Source of the DNA: an uncultured bacterium
GTDB lineage: Bacteria; Babelota; Babeliae; Babelales; Babelaceae
Assembly (NCBI GenBank): GCA_963824495.1
Contig: CAWGPQ010000006.1
Coordinates: forward strand, 10,596-42,595
DNA length: 32,000 bases
Direction: 5' to 3'
Below the pieces are notes generated by a model. It was not told the origin of the DNA, searched no databases, and worked only from the letters and a program-made list of their open reading frames with translations. Position numbers and translations under genes: made by a program. Every line of letters starts with the position of its first letter. Positions within the stretch are counted from its first letter, which is position 1. Of the stretch, positions 16,965 through 26,182 are shown piece after piece.

Positions 16965-17870
16965 ATGAAATATAAAAAATCACAGTTACTTATTGGTGCA
17001 CATATGTCAATTCAAGGTGGCCTTGAAAATGCTCTTATAGAGGGTGAGCAACTTGATTGCACCGCTATTCAAATGTTTACCCATAGTAACAGACAGTGGT
17101 CCATGCGAGAGCTTACCGAACGTCAAATAGAACAATTTAGACAAACTGCAGAACGTTCAACTATCGAAAGTATTGTTGCACACGCAAGCTATCTTCTTAA
17201 CTTAGGCAGCCCAAACGCTGAAACACGTGCTAAGTCAGCTTACGCTGTTGGACAAGAATTACAACGCTGCGACCAATTGGGCATACCATATTTAGTTATA
17301 CACCCGGGAGCACGCCTGACATCTTCACCATCTGATTGTATAGCGCGGATTGCCGATAGTGTTAACGTGATACTTGCAGCAATCAAAAACACAACACTCT
17401 TGGTATTTGAAAATATGGCAGGTCAGGGAAGCACGATTGGGGATCGGTTTGAGCAACTTGCTTTAATTCGTGAAAAAATTGAACACAAAGAACGTATAGG
17501 GTTTTGCTTTGATACCTGCCATGGCTTTGCTGCAGGCTATAATTTCAGCACGCCTGATTCTTATGAGCAGCTATGGCACGATTTTGATCGTATACTTGGC
17601 TTACAGCACCTAAAAGTTATACACATGAATGACTCGAAAAAAGCTCAAGGATCACATCTCGATCGCCATGAGACCATTGGTCATGGTTTTATTGGCCTTG
17701 AGGCATTTCGGCTTATTATGAACGACTCACGATTTTTTACCATACCCAAGATTTTAGAAACACCAAAAGGTACAACACATGAAGAGGCTATGCGTTATGA
17801 CCAGCGTAACCTAGCGACGCTTAAAAGTCTTCTATCAGAGAGAACACGTGTGCTTCTTCATGTAGCTTAA
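16965..17870 (+). CDS. nfo: Endonuclease IV (AP endonuclease, TIM-barrel)
   Basis: IGAHMSIQGG, AHASYLLNLGSP, VIHPG, FENMAGQGS, CFDTCH, HMNDSK...DRHETIGHGFIG are the canonical Nfo metal-site motifs. I place the start at MKYKKSQ (16965) rather than the track start at 16908. Confidence 0.92.
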   Translation: MKYKKSQLLIGAHMSIQGGLENALIEGEQLDCTAIQMFTHSNRQWSMRELTERQIEQFRQTAERSTIESIVAHASYLLNLGSPNAETRAKSAYAVGQELQRCDQLGIPYLVIHPGARLTSSPSDCIARIADSVNVILAAIKNTTLLVFENMAGQGSTIGDRFEQLALIREKIEHKERIGFCFDTCHGFAAGYNFSTPDSYEQLWHDFDRILGLQHLKVIHMNDSKKAQGSHLDRHETIGHGFIGLEAFRLIMNDSRFFTIPKILETPKGTTHEEAMRYDQRNLATLKSLLSERTRVLLHVA

Positions 17871-17927
17871 TATTAGCTTAATATGAGCACGAAAAGGCAA
17901 GCACATCTTGACAGAACTAGTACTACA

Positions 17928-19169
17928 CTAGTACTGCAGTACTTCTAATTGACTAGCAGAAAATAGCGAACTATATAGTGTCATAAGCCTATCAAGCTCA
18001 GTCTCGATTCTTGGAAGGTCAAGCTCTGTACTTGCATATCGCCCTTCGTTATTGGCAAATAATGGATCGCGAAGCTTTTGTATGTCCTCTGTAGCTATAC
18101 TAAGAACGCAAAAGTGTCTGAGACCTAATTGTTGGCTTATGGTCCAAAATGTCTCATCCAAGTGATATTGAAAGATTTCAATAACCATAGTCCCAGGACG
18201 AGCAAATAGTAGATTGGTAAGTCCTGCCCCATGAGCTGCAATAATTAAATCCGCATGAGCAAAAATCTGAGCTTGTTCTTGTATCGAGTAATCTTCAAGT
18301 ATAATTGGCTGAATACCATAAGTATCTTTTAAAAGATTGACGAACGTAAGTTCGTTAGCAATTTTTCTTAATGGCGCGTTTTTCCGGGAGATAAAAATTT
18401 TATTAAAATTAGAGCACTTTTGCGTATTGATTTGCGTATTGACATGATTATTCAAAAAAGAATCCCTTAAAAACTTAATAACCCAATAGGGTGACACCGT
18501 CGAAAAAGAGGGAACAGAGGGAATAATTAAGAGATCGGGCTCAATACACGTTTCGTCGTTTCCTTCTAGTATTTGATCCGTAGTTATTCCCAAAGCATAC
18601 AGACTATCTTTTTGAAACGTATACTTAAGCTCCGGTACGTAAATATAGTCATAGCTTATATTTTCTTGCTCAAGTAGAGCAACGCGTGGTAGGATCTCTG
18701 TCATCCAGTGATAATAATTTCCTGACCCCGATTGCGCTATCACAGCTACACTACCCTTAATTTTTTTAGCGACTGGTAAAGCTAGATCTCTGCTAAAGAG
18801 GGGTTTAGTGAGATCTTCCCAATCCCATATTGTGTCAAGAAAGAATTTTTTCTTTCTATGTTCCTCCAGTAATATATAGCCCTGGTTTCCGAAAACTTGT
18901 GCATTTTCTAAGCTTATTATAAATGTTTCGGGGAAAACACCCTCAATATCAGCGGGAGATCTATCGTCTAAAATAACTTCTCTATCAAGGGGGAATGCAA
19001 GATAACGAAAATATTTTCTCTCATTAAGCAATCGATATTCTTTTGAACAAGGGATAAGCTGGTTTACAGAAAGAAAAAGTGAGTTAGGATTAAGCTTAAG
19101 CAATCGTGGATATCCCCAGCTATTGCTAAAACATACTACCATAACAATCATTAACCAGACTGGTATCAC
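17928..19169 (-). CDS. GT61/DUF563-like glycosyltransferase (EOGT/xylosyltransferase-like) with N-terminal signal/anchor
   Basis: 413-aa ORF (GTG start, GAGGCGGA upstream). N-terminus MIPVWLMIVMVVCFSNSWG. NYYHWMTEILPR and AAHGAGLTNLLFARPGT resemble GT61 family signatures. Confidence 0.6.
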   Translation of the reverse strand: MIPVWLMIVMVVCFSNSWGYPRLLKLNPNSLFLSVNQLIPCSKEYRLLNERKYFRYLAFPLDREVILDDRSPADIEGVFPETFIISLENAQVFGNQGYILLEEHRKKKFFLDTIWDWEDLTKPLFSRDLALPVAKKIKGSVAVIAQSGSGNYYHWMTEILPRVALLEQENISYDYIYVPELKYTFQKDSLYALGITTDQILEGNDETCIEPDLLIIPSVPSFSTVSPYWVIKFLRDSFLNNHVNTQINTQKCSNFNKIFISRKNAPLRKIANELTFVNLLKDTYGIQPIILEDYSIQEQAQIFAHADLIIAAHGAGLTNLLFARPGTMVIEIFQYHLDETFWTISQQLGLRHFCVLSIATEDIQKLRDPLFANNEGRYASTELDLPRIETELDRLMTLYSSLFSASQLEVLQY

Positions 19170-19513
19170 TATTGTATCCGCCTCGTAACAAATTCCGGGA
19201 GCTATCTATCAAGACAGCAATAGTTAAAGATTCTTGGTAACGCCTCCTTGAACCTTTAACTATTACTTTCTTAAAAGCAGTGCTTCGTAACCAATACTAC
19301 CTTTGCGTACCACGTAAAGGAGTAAGAAGGTTAGGGTATTTTTTAAACCACCTTCATAATGAAGCCTCTTTAGCTTCGCCGCATAAGCAAAAAAAAACAA
19401 TCGTATTACGAGAGCTAAAAGGGCAACAACAAGAAAAAGAATTCGCCGTATTATCAAATATAGGACATTATTGTTGCTTTAAAGGCAATGTTCCTCAAAA
19501 AGCAACTACCCAC

Positions 19514-20530
19514 TTATGCCTTTTTATCTTTACATACAGCAACACCGCCAAGCAAACCATACCAGAGTAGTATGAAGAACAGTAGGTGTACCACGCTATA
19601 TGCAAATGTAATGCTTTTAATAGCTAGCAAAAGAGCATACAAGCCTAAGATAGCTGTTGCGCCTATAGTATAGAGCACGATAGAAGATTTAGACCAGCCA
19701 TTCTGCTGCAAATATATAGAAAAGTGGTCGGGACTACCGTAATAAAAGGGAATATCTTTATAGAAGCGTATGAGTACAAGTGTCCCTACTTCAAGAAAAG
19801 GAATCAAGGCTATATATGAAGGTGCAGCGTAGCCATAGCTCGTATACGTAGCCCATGGAATACTTATTGATATACCGGCTAACAGTCCTCCTATATATAA
19901 CGATCCAGCATCGCCAAGATGTATACAGGCCGGCGGATAATTAAACCATAGAAACCCCATTAATGCCCCAATAAAAGCAGCAAGCACAATAGCTAATGGA
20001 ACATTGTTAAATAGAAGGGCACCAATAAGAAGATAGAAAGCATTACATGCAGCTAAAGCTGTTGCAAGACCATCCATAACGTCAACTAAGTTATAGGCAT
20101 TTATAAGTGATACCATCCAAAAAAGCACAAGCAGAACGATACCACTCTGAGCTATCCCTGTTTGGCTCATCAAAAAACTTACCGTTGCGATTACCTGGCC
20201 TAAAAATTTTTGATAAGGTTTTAAAACGTATAGATCGTCAATAAGACCGAGAAGAAGTAACGCTGTCGCATAGTACCAGAGCGTACAAAGATTTTGCGAG
20301 AGAGAGAGAGTTCTACTGCAAACGAGAAGTATTAGTGAAAATGTGAAAGCGCCATGAACAGCAATGCCTCCCAAATAGGGAACTGCTCGTGTATGTCTTT
20401 TAAGATATCCGTCAGGTATATCCAGGATATTAAGCCTATGTGCTAGACGAGCACAGATTGGTACAAGAGCTCCAGCACCTACTAAGCCACCAAAGCTGGC
20501 TAGAACTATGATGCTCTCAGAATCACCCAT
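19514..20530 (-). CDS. Polyprenyl-phosphate HexNAc-1-phosphate transferase (WecA/WbpL-like, MraY superfamily)
   Basis: AGGAAAG RBS. Starts 12 nt after the infB stop. Polytopic membrane protein with LGLIDDLYVLKPYQK, NAYNLVDVMDGLA and HLGDAGSLYIGG motifs. No MraY-type HHH(F)E motif. Confidence 0.75.
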   Translation of the reverse strand: MGDSESIIVLASFGGLVGAGALVPICARLAHRLNILDIPDGYLKRHTRAVPYLGGIAVHGAFTFSLILLVCSRTLSLSQNLCTLWYYATALLLLGLIDDLYVLKPYQKFLGQVIATVSFLMSQTGIAQSGIVLLVLFWMVSLINAYNLVDVMDGLATALAACNAFYLLIGALLFNNVPLAIVLAAFIGALMGFLWFNYPPACIHLGDAGSLYIGGLLAGISISIPWATYTSYGYAAPSYIALIPFLEVGTLVLIRFYKDIPFYYGSPDHFSIYLQQNGWSKSSIVLYTIGATAILGLYALLLAIKSITFAYSVVHLLFFILLWYGLLGGVAVCKDKKA

Positions 20531-20542
20531 AAAAATGCTTTC

Positions 20543-22510
20543 CTATGGTGTCTCAGCTACTTCAAGATAACACTCTACACGATCATCAACTTGCCAATCG
20601 TCGAATCCTTCAATAAGAAAGGCACACTCAAAACCTGCATGAACCTCTTTGACAGATTTTTTTTCTCGCTGAAGACTTTTAATAGGTCCTTCACCTATTT
20701 TATATTTACCCCGCCAAACTGTTACTTTACCATCTCGAGAGCATCGCCCAGATTTAACGTGAGCCCCTGCAATAGTACCCAAATTTTTGATAACGAATAC
20801 TTTAACAACAACCGCCTCACCAGTTTTTTTAGTAACTTTTTTAGCTGGTTTTCCTTGTTCAACAAGAAAAGCAAGATCATCAAGAAGCTGATAGATAACG
20901 CCAAATGTTTTGGTGCTAACGCCCAGCTTTTGAGCTAATGCGGCTGCTGTTGGCTCAACTTTACTATGCAGCGTATAAATAAGGGACTTGGTATCATGTG
21001 CTAAAATAACATCACCTTCGGTTACCATCCCGACGGCGGCATGAACAACATACAGCTCCTTAAAAGCCTTGCCACCCATTTTGCCAATTGCCTCTAACAA
21101 GGCTTCTTGTGATGAGATCGTATCAGTTTTTATAACAAGATTAAGAGCATTCTCATGAAGTACTTGTCGAGCAAGAGCAGGCTTTTGCTCACGAGTACGT
21201 TCTCGCTTAAGCTCTTCTTGAGGGATAATTTCAAAAGGATCGCCAGCAGGTGGTAATTGCGTAAATCCCGAAACTTGTACGGGCTTTGAAGGGTAGGCTG
21301 CATCGATACGCTTGCCCATATAATCAGTTAGAGAGCTCACACGCCCATACATATCCCCAGCTCTAAAATAATCTCCAACATGCAAAATACCATCATGTAG
21401 TATAACGGTAGCTACTGACCCTCGCCCTTTCTCCATGCGTGATTCAAGAACGTAGCCACGAGCTAATACTTCAGTGTGAGCAGTTAATTCCATAAGCTGT
21501 GACTGCAAAATAATAAGATCAAGCAGTTCGTTAACACCTTGGCCAAGTTTAGCAGAAATAGGAACAACAACGGTTTGACCACCCCATTCTTCAGGTACAA
21601 GATCGTATTGTACTAAACCTCGCTTTACTGCTTCAATTTGCTGCGCTGTGGCCTTGTCAATTTTATTGATAGCAACAATAATCGGTAGTCCAACTGCTTT
21701 TGCATGTTTAATAGCTTCTATTGTTTGTGGCATAATGCCATCATCGGCGGCAACAACAAGAATAGCTATATCAGCTACTCGTATGCCACGCTCTCGCATA
21801 CGAGAGAATGCTTCATGGCCTGGCGTATCGAGAAACACAAGATTACCGTGAGGTGTATAGGCTTCATAAGCACCCAAGTGCTGTGTTATGCCACCTTTTT
21901 CTTTAGCTGCTACGCGCGTTTTTCGAATAAAATCAAGAAGTGTTGTTTTACCATGATCAACATGGCCGATAACTACAACAATAGGAAGTCGCGATTCTCG
22001 AGCTCCTTGCTCTATTTGTGCATGAGTATGATGGCTCAATGCTTTTTTCACAGCAGGTTCACTCGTTTTAATACCGTAATGCTGGGCTATTTGGCTAACA
22101 ATTTTTTCTGATACTACCTGATTTTTATTGGCAGCAAAACCTTGGCGAAGAAGCATCAGAATGATTTCGCTAACAGGCTTACTTACGTGTGCTGCAAGGT
22201 CGGCTATGGTCATGGGTTCAAGCGGCATAGCCACAGGCTCTAAAGGCTTAGCTTGGGACCGTGATGCCTCAGGAGAGCGTGAAGACGGCTGTGATGGAGT
22301 TGCTGTGACGGGAGCAGGCTCTTGAGCTGTGCTTATATGAGGAGTGCTAGGCTGATTGCTGTTCAGCTTTTTTTCAAGAAATGTTTGAGCATCTGGTGAG
22401 AGCACAGACATATGACTTGCAATATCAAAGCCACCTTCTTGAAGTAGTTTGACAAGCTCTTTCGTGGGAAGCCCATATTTTTTAGAAAATTCGTATACGC
22501 GCATTGTCAT
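20543..22510 (-). CDS. infB: Translation initiation factor IF-2
   Basis: N-terminal [13 protein letters not shown]-domain [12 protein letters not shown] / DTPGHEAF / NKID, conserved C-terminal domains. The track ORF begins at a TTG (22540). ATG 22510 or 22504 is more plausible. Confidence 0.93.
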   Translation of the reverse strand: MTMRVYEFSKKYGLPTKELVKLLQEGGFDIASHMSVLSPDAQTFLEKKLNSNQPSTPHISTAQEPAPVTATPSQPSSRSPEASRSQAKPLEPVAMPLEPMTIADLAAHVSKPVSEIILMLLRQGFAANKNQVVSEKIVSQIAQHYGIKTSEPAVKKALSHHTHAQIEQGARESRLPIVVVIGHVDHGKTTLLDFIRKTRVAAKEKGGITQHLGAYEAYTPHGNLVFLDTPGHEAFSRMRERGIRVADIAILVVAADDGIMPQTIEAIKHAKAVGLPIIVAINKIDKATAQQIEAVKRGLVQYDLVPEEWGGQTVVVPISAKLGQGVNELLDLIILQSQLMELTAHTEVLARGYVLESRMEKGRGSVATVILHDGILHVGDYFRAGDMYGRVSSLTDYMGKRIDAAYPSKPVQVSGFTQLPPAGDPFEIIPQEELKRERTREQKPALARQVLHENALNLVIKTDTISSQEALLEAIGKMGGKAFKELYVVHAAVGMVTEGDVILAHDTKSLIYTLHSKVEPTAAALAQKLGVSTKTFGVIYQLLDDLAFLVEQGKPAKKVTKKTGEAVVVKVFVIKNLGTIAGAHVKSGRCSRDGKVTVWRGKYKIGEGPIKSLQREKKSVKEVHAGFECAFLIEGFDDWQVDDRVECYLEVAETP

Positions 22511-22558
22511 GTACGTTATGCCATTCGTGCTTTGTAGCAATAGCTCATTAATAGCTCA

Positions 22559-23638
22559 TTAAATTTGTTCGTTATGAGGCTGCTGGAGCTCTCCTGATTC
22601 TTCTACTTCTTCTATTAGATCGAGTGGCTCATGTTTCATCAAATGAATGTTAAGCCCTGTTAACTGACAAGCAAGTGCTATATTTTGACCCATTTTACCT
22701 ATGGCAAATGATCGTTGATCTTCATCAAGCCAGACTTCTACGTTTTTGTTATCGATCATTTCAACACGATTAATCTTTGCGGGTTTTAAAGCATCTCTTA
22801 CTAATTCTTCAATTGAGCTGCTAAATCTAATAATATCAATTTTTTCACCACCTAATTCACCAAGAATTGGCTGGATTCGGGTACCTCCAATGCCAACGCA
22901 GGCTCCTACAGGATCAATGTTCTTACCGTGTGATACTACCAAAACTTTTGATTTATATCCAGCCATACGGACAACTTTATTGATTTCGACGATTTTCTCG
23001 TAAATTTCCGGGATCTCAAGCTTAAAAAGCTTTGCCAAGAATTCGGGGGACACTCGATCAAGAATGAGTTGATTTTCGTTACGTGGTTCAGGTAAAACTT
23101 CTTTAAGCAGAGCTCGAATAGTATATCCTACCGTGCACTTATCACCAGGTATAGTAAGCGACTTTGGCAAAAATGCAAGGGTATCACCAATTTTTACGGT
23201 AACTCCCATACGTTCGCATTTGTGTATAACACCTTGAACAATTTCGCCTTCTTGAGGTTTAAATTCGTTGTAGATAGCTGCAGCTTCAATGCTACGGATC
23301 TTTTGGGCAATGATCTGTTTTGCTTTTAAGATCTCGATACGACCGATGGGCCCCTCAAAAGGAACCTCGATGCTATCGCCAAGCTGGACATCTTCTTTTA
23401 TCGAGCGAGCCTTACGCAGGCTGACTTCTTTGTCTTCATCAGTTACGCTGCTTACTACACTTTTTACAGCGAAAGTCTCAATTTCATCGGTTTTTTTGTT
23501 GTAATGCACTGCAAACGTTATAGTGGGATATCTTTTTTCATAAGCAGCAAGCATGCCTTCGCACATGATGGTGCTTAATACAGCACGATCCAGGCCTTTC
23601 TCTTCAACGAGTTCTTCTATGACATTCGACAGTTTCAC
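22559..23638 (-). CDS. nusA: Transcription termination/antitermination factor NusA
   Basis: N-terminal domain, an S1 domain (GEIVQGVIHKCERMGVTVKIGD) and KH domains (DPVGACVGIGGTRIQPI; AIGKMGQNIALACQLTG). There is no in-frame ATG at the N-terminus. A GTG at 23638 follows AGGAAAAGTT. The track uses a TTG at 23653. Confidence 0.9.
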   Translation of the reverse strand: MKLSNVIEELVEEKGLDRAVLSTIMCEGMLAAYEKRYPTITFAVHYNKKTDEIETFAVKSVVSSVTDEDKEVSLRKARSIKEDVQLGDSIEVPFEGPIGRIEILKAKQIIAQKIRSIEAAAIYNEFKPQEGEIVQGVIHKCERMGVTVKIGDTLAFLPKSLTIPGDKCTVGYTIRALLKEVLPEPRNENQLILDRVSPEFLAKLFKLEIPEIYEKIVEINKVVRMAGYKSKVLVVSHGKNIDPVGACVGIGGTRIQPILGELGGEKIDIIRFSSSIEELVRDALKPAKINRVEMIDNKNVEVWLDEDQRSFAIGKMGQNIALACQLTGLNIHLMKHEPLDLIEEVEESGELQQPHNEQI

Positions 23639-23814
23639 AACTTTTCCTAGCAAAATTAAGAATCATTTACACCAGCACGCTTAGATAGCATAACAAAAAA
23701 ATGAGCAGATTGAAAGCCGGAGTATACACCTTTTGGGTAATCGTAAAAGTTGATAGTCCCAAAAAAGGTTTCAGTCTGTGTAAACACCTACTATTACTTT
23801 ATTATTAATACCGA

Positions 23815-23855
23815 TAGGTATAGTAGTAGTAGGTGAGGCACTTTTTTGTGGATAA
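23815..23855 (-). promoter_or_regulatory. DnaA box + GC cluster + trinucleotide (CTA)n 'DnaA-trio'-like unit
   Basis: The minus strand reads TTATCCACA (23855-23847), aaaaa, gtgcctcac, CTA CTA CTA CTA TAC CTA (23832-23815). An AT-rich tract follows: tattaataataaagtaatagta (23810-23789). Confidence 0.55.
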
Positions 23856-23904
23856 CTGGTCTAAAACGCACTCAATATATCGATTCAGTCGACCTTTGTT
23901 CATT

Positions 23905-23946
23905 TGTGGATAACTGGTGGATAACTGGTGGATAATTTGTGGATAA
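23905..23946 (-). promoter_or_regulatory. Array of four DnaA boxes phased at 11 bp (left arm)
   Basis: The plus strand shows TGTGGATAA (23905), GGTGGATAA (23916), GGTGGATAA (23927) and TGTGGATAA (23938). These are reverse complements of TTATCCAC[A/C]. Confidence 0.75.
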
Positions 23947-24058
23947 CTTTTTTGACGTGCTGTAATCTAGCGCTATCAGCTTATTCTCGACATGTTTAAT
24001 CTTGAGAAAATCGATAGCATCGATCAATGCTAAAAAAAAGAGCTTGACGTTTTTTGAG

Positions 24059-24100
24059 TTTTCCACATCGTTTCCACCAGTTATCCACCAGTTATCCACA
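24059..24100 (+). promoter_or_regulatory. Array of four DnaA(-like) boxes phased at 11 bp (right arm, opposite orientation)
   Basis: TTTTCCACA (24059), GTTTCCACC (24070, weak), TTATCCACC (24081), TTATCCACA (24092). Confidence 0.7.
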
Positions 24101-24163
24101 TTTTGCACGTTTAAACTTTTTGTTTTTGTTTCAATGAGGGATTTTGTCTTTTTAAATACAAAC

Positions 24164-24799
24164 TTATATTTTTTTTAGGTGGTGAGTTATCGTCAAAAGA
24201 TCGTGCTGAAAGTCTTTCTCAGCGGGTCGGTTACGTAGCACATAAGCAGGGTGATACGTGGGAATAAGCAGTATACCGTGATAATCAAGAGGCTTGCCTC
24301 GTACTTGAGTTATAGAAATGGGGCGTTCTAGTAATCCCTGAAGCGCTGATGAGCCTAGGGTGCATATAATCTTGGGTCGCACAATCTTAATTTCATCTAA
24401 AAGCAGCGGTTTATAGGCCTTTACTTCACTTGGTGTCGGTGTTCTATTCTCCGGAGGCCGACATTTAACAAGGTTAGTAATGAATACATCTTTCCTATCG
24501 AGATGAGCGTTCTTAAGAAGCTCAGTAAGAAGCTTGCCAGAGCGGCCAACAAAGGGTCTACCTTGTTCATCTTCATCTTTACCAGGGGCTTCTCCTATGA
24601 ACATAACCTCGGCATCAGCATTGCCTTCGCCTGTTACAAGCTGTGTGCACGCCAGAGTGTCGACTAGGCAATTCGGACAATGACGATAGGGTGCATAGAG
24701 CTCATTGAGCAGCTTTTGCTTGAATTCTTTTTTATCCATTTTTACAATTTGAGTTAGGGTGTTGCTTTTGATAACTGTCATGGTGTTTAAGCTTACCAT
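24164..24799 (-). CDS. Family-4 uracil-DNA glycosylase (4Fe-4S type)
   Basis: CPNC...C Cys cluster, [35 protein letters not shown] and HPAYVLR motifs. The start is ambiguous, with in-frame ATGs at 24799, 24781 and 24739. MDKKEF (24739) best fits the usual family length. Confidence 0.85.
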   Translation of the reverse strand: MVSLNTMTVIKSNTLTQIVKMDKKEFKQKLLNELYAPYRHCPNCLVDTLACTQLVTGEGNADAEVMFIGEAPGKDEDEQGRPFVGRSGKLLTELLKNAHLDRKDVFITNLVKCRPPENRTPTPSEVKAYKPLLLDEIKIVRPKIICTLGSSALQGLLERPISITQVRGKPLDYHGILLIPTYHPAYVLRNRPAEKDFQHDLLTITHHLKKI

Positions 24800-24952
24800 T
24801 ACGCAACTGAAAAATACAGCTTACATAAGATTATTTTTGTATGTGCTTGTTGCTCGGTGCTAAGAATTAGGTATAAGCGCAACAGTATATGCAACAAGAT
24901 ATGCGATAAGAATTTGTTGCGATTATAGTATAACTGAAAAAATAAAACAAGC

Positions 24953-26092
24953 CTAGCGCTTAGTATGATTAAGCCATGCAAGTCCAAAAGTAAGAACAAA
25001 ACTTAACTGGAAGTCGAGAAAGAAAAGTTGAAGGGGGTTAGTCAGAAGTATGCAGCAACATGCCAGGCACAAAACATGTAATGGATGAATGGCGATGTTA
25101 AGCAACATACAAGTCTTATAGAGAGCATAGGTAAGCAAAGCGCGGATAAATGACACACTTGACCATGATAAAAGTGAATATATTGCCGTAAGAGCTATGA
25201 TAAGAAGTTGCTTTATACTAAAATGGCAGGGTATATAGCTCATAATTATTCCACATATAAGTGCAAAGATGACCACATGTAGTCCCGATCGTGCAAGATA
25301 ATGTGTTATGCCCCACGCTTGAAAGTATTTTCTCATGCTACTCATATTATTAAGAGAGTCAGGCTTTTTACCCAAAAATAACGGGCAAAATAACGTGTAC
25401 GTTTGAGCTGACATTTTGTTTTTTAAGCTTTCTGCTACATGCATGCGATGAAAGGAGAGCCATCTCTTGATTAACTCCCTCAATGATTGTCCTCGTTTAA
25501 GCACGCTATAGCGTGGATTTTTCATAAAAACTGTTGCGGCATAACCTTCCTTAAAAAGATACTTTTGATATGAGGCGTTGGTACTTGGCCTAAAAAATAT
25601 GTCTTTTACTTCAAGAGTATCGCCTACGTTAGCGCTCAAGGGCATCGGCGTGTACAGTTTAATTAACTTCCCCTGAGCGTTTTGACTGTTATGCCCCTTT
25701 ATAGTTAGTCGATTAATTTTAAGAGTATGGGCATATGGTTGTTGTCTGTTACTTGTTTTTTCAGCATCTTCAAGCGTAGCTTGTATATCTGCTTTACAGA
25801 GGTTTAGTTGCTGCGTGAGCTCTTTATAAGAGCTCACTTGCTGATAATAACGCAAAGCTCCTGCAAAAAAGAATAAGAGAGCCAAGCATGCAAGCCGATA
25901 AACCTGGGCAAATAGTTCACGACTACTTATTAAGCCACTGATTGCCAGAGCAACTGCTACACCAACTATGAGCGGTAGTATAAGCAGGCTGTTAAAAGCT
26001 TGCCAGAGTATTCCTGCTATAAGAGAGAGCGTAAAAATAAGAAAGGGTGGAATATGAAACGGAAGAATTATGTACACTTGAAACTTATGCAA
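24953..26092 (-). CDS. ComEC/Rec2-like membrane protein, N-terminal portion only (truncated relative to canonical ComEC)
   Basis: TM-rich N-terminus, OB-like insert (DUF4131-like), then GITHYLARSGLHVVIF, resembling the Competence-domain HLLAISGLH motif. The ORF ends about 110 aa later. There is no metallo-beta-lactamase domain and no room for one before the UDG gene. Confidence 0.55.
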   Translation of the reverse strand: MHKFQVYIILPFHIPPFLIFTLSLIAGILWQAFNSLLILPLIVGVAVALAISGLISSRELFAQVYRLACLALLFFFAGALRYYQQVSSYKELTQQLNLCKADIQATLEDAEKTSNRQQPYAHTLKINRLTIKGHNSQNAQGKLIKLYTPMPLSANVGDTLEVKDIFFRPSTNASYQKYLFKEGYAATVFMKNPRYSVLKRGQSLRELIKRWLSFHRMHVAESLKNKMSAQTYTLFCPLFLGKKPDSLNNMSSMRKYFQAWGITHYLARSGLHVVIFALICGIIMSYIPCHFSIKQLLIIALTAIYSLLSWSSVSFIRALLTYALYKTCMLLNIAIHPLHVLCLACCCILLTNPLQLFFLDFQLSFVLTFGLAWLNHTKR

Positions 26093-26182
26093 AATAAGAA
26101 ATATAAGAAATTTTATAGCATAATTACTAGCATAATTAAATATATAAATGTGTCAAAGATTGCTCTATTTGATATAGCAGAA

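Larger units (their letters stand above)
23789..24163. other. Candidate chromosomal replication origin (oriC-like DnaA-box cluster with DnaA-trio-like element)
   Basis: Nine DnaA-box-like 9-mers lie in a 254-bp span of a 510-bp non-coding gap. Next to them is a (TAG)4 run and an AT-rich tract. Component features are listed separately below. Confidence 0.6.

Noticed and set aside
19170-19673. Small ORFs between the GT61-like and WecA-like genes (19263-19457 minus, with a TTG start and one TM-like helix; 19280-19570 and 19488-19673 plus).
   Set aside because: They overlap one another and lack ATG/RBS support. The plus-strand ones run antisense into the WecA-like gene. The region also contains an A9 tract (19389-19397) and is more likely promoter or leader DNA for the GT61-like gene. 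A small membrane peptide cannot be excluded.
20591-22325. Plus-strand ORFs antisense to infB (20591-20938, 21648-21851, 21704-22111, 22128-22325), and similar antisense ORFs within nusA, mnmG, the OMP gene and the Fringe/GT31-like glycosyltransferase gene.
   Set aside because: They are embedded in well-supported conserved genes on the opposite strand, have low-complexity or odd composition, and lack start context.
23905-24100. The 43-bp inverted repeats around a 112-bp spacer as the terminal inverted repeats of a MITE-like element.
   Set aside because: The arms are composed entirely of 11-bp-phased DnaA-box consensus units. I saw no flanking target-site duplication, and no second copy exists in the window. 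This cannot be fully excluded without the whole genome.
23872-24108. 78-aa minus-strand ORF (MQNVDNWWITGG...) in the nusA-UDG gap.
   Set aside because: It is simply the reading of the repeated DnaA boxes, giving repeated WITGG / LSTNYPPVIHQLSTN strings. It has no RBS, and the region is better explained as regulatory or origin DNA.
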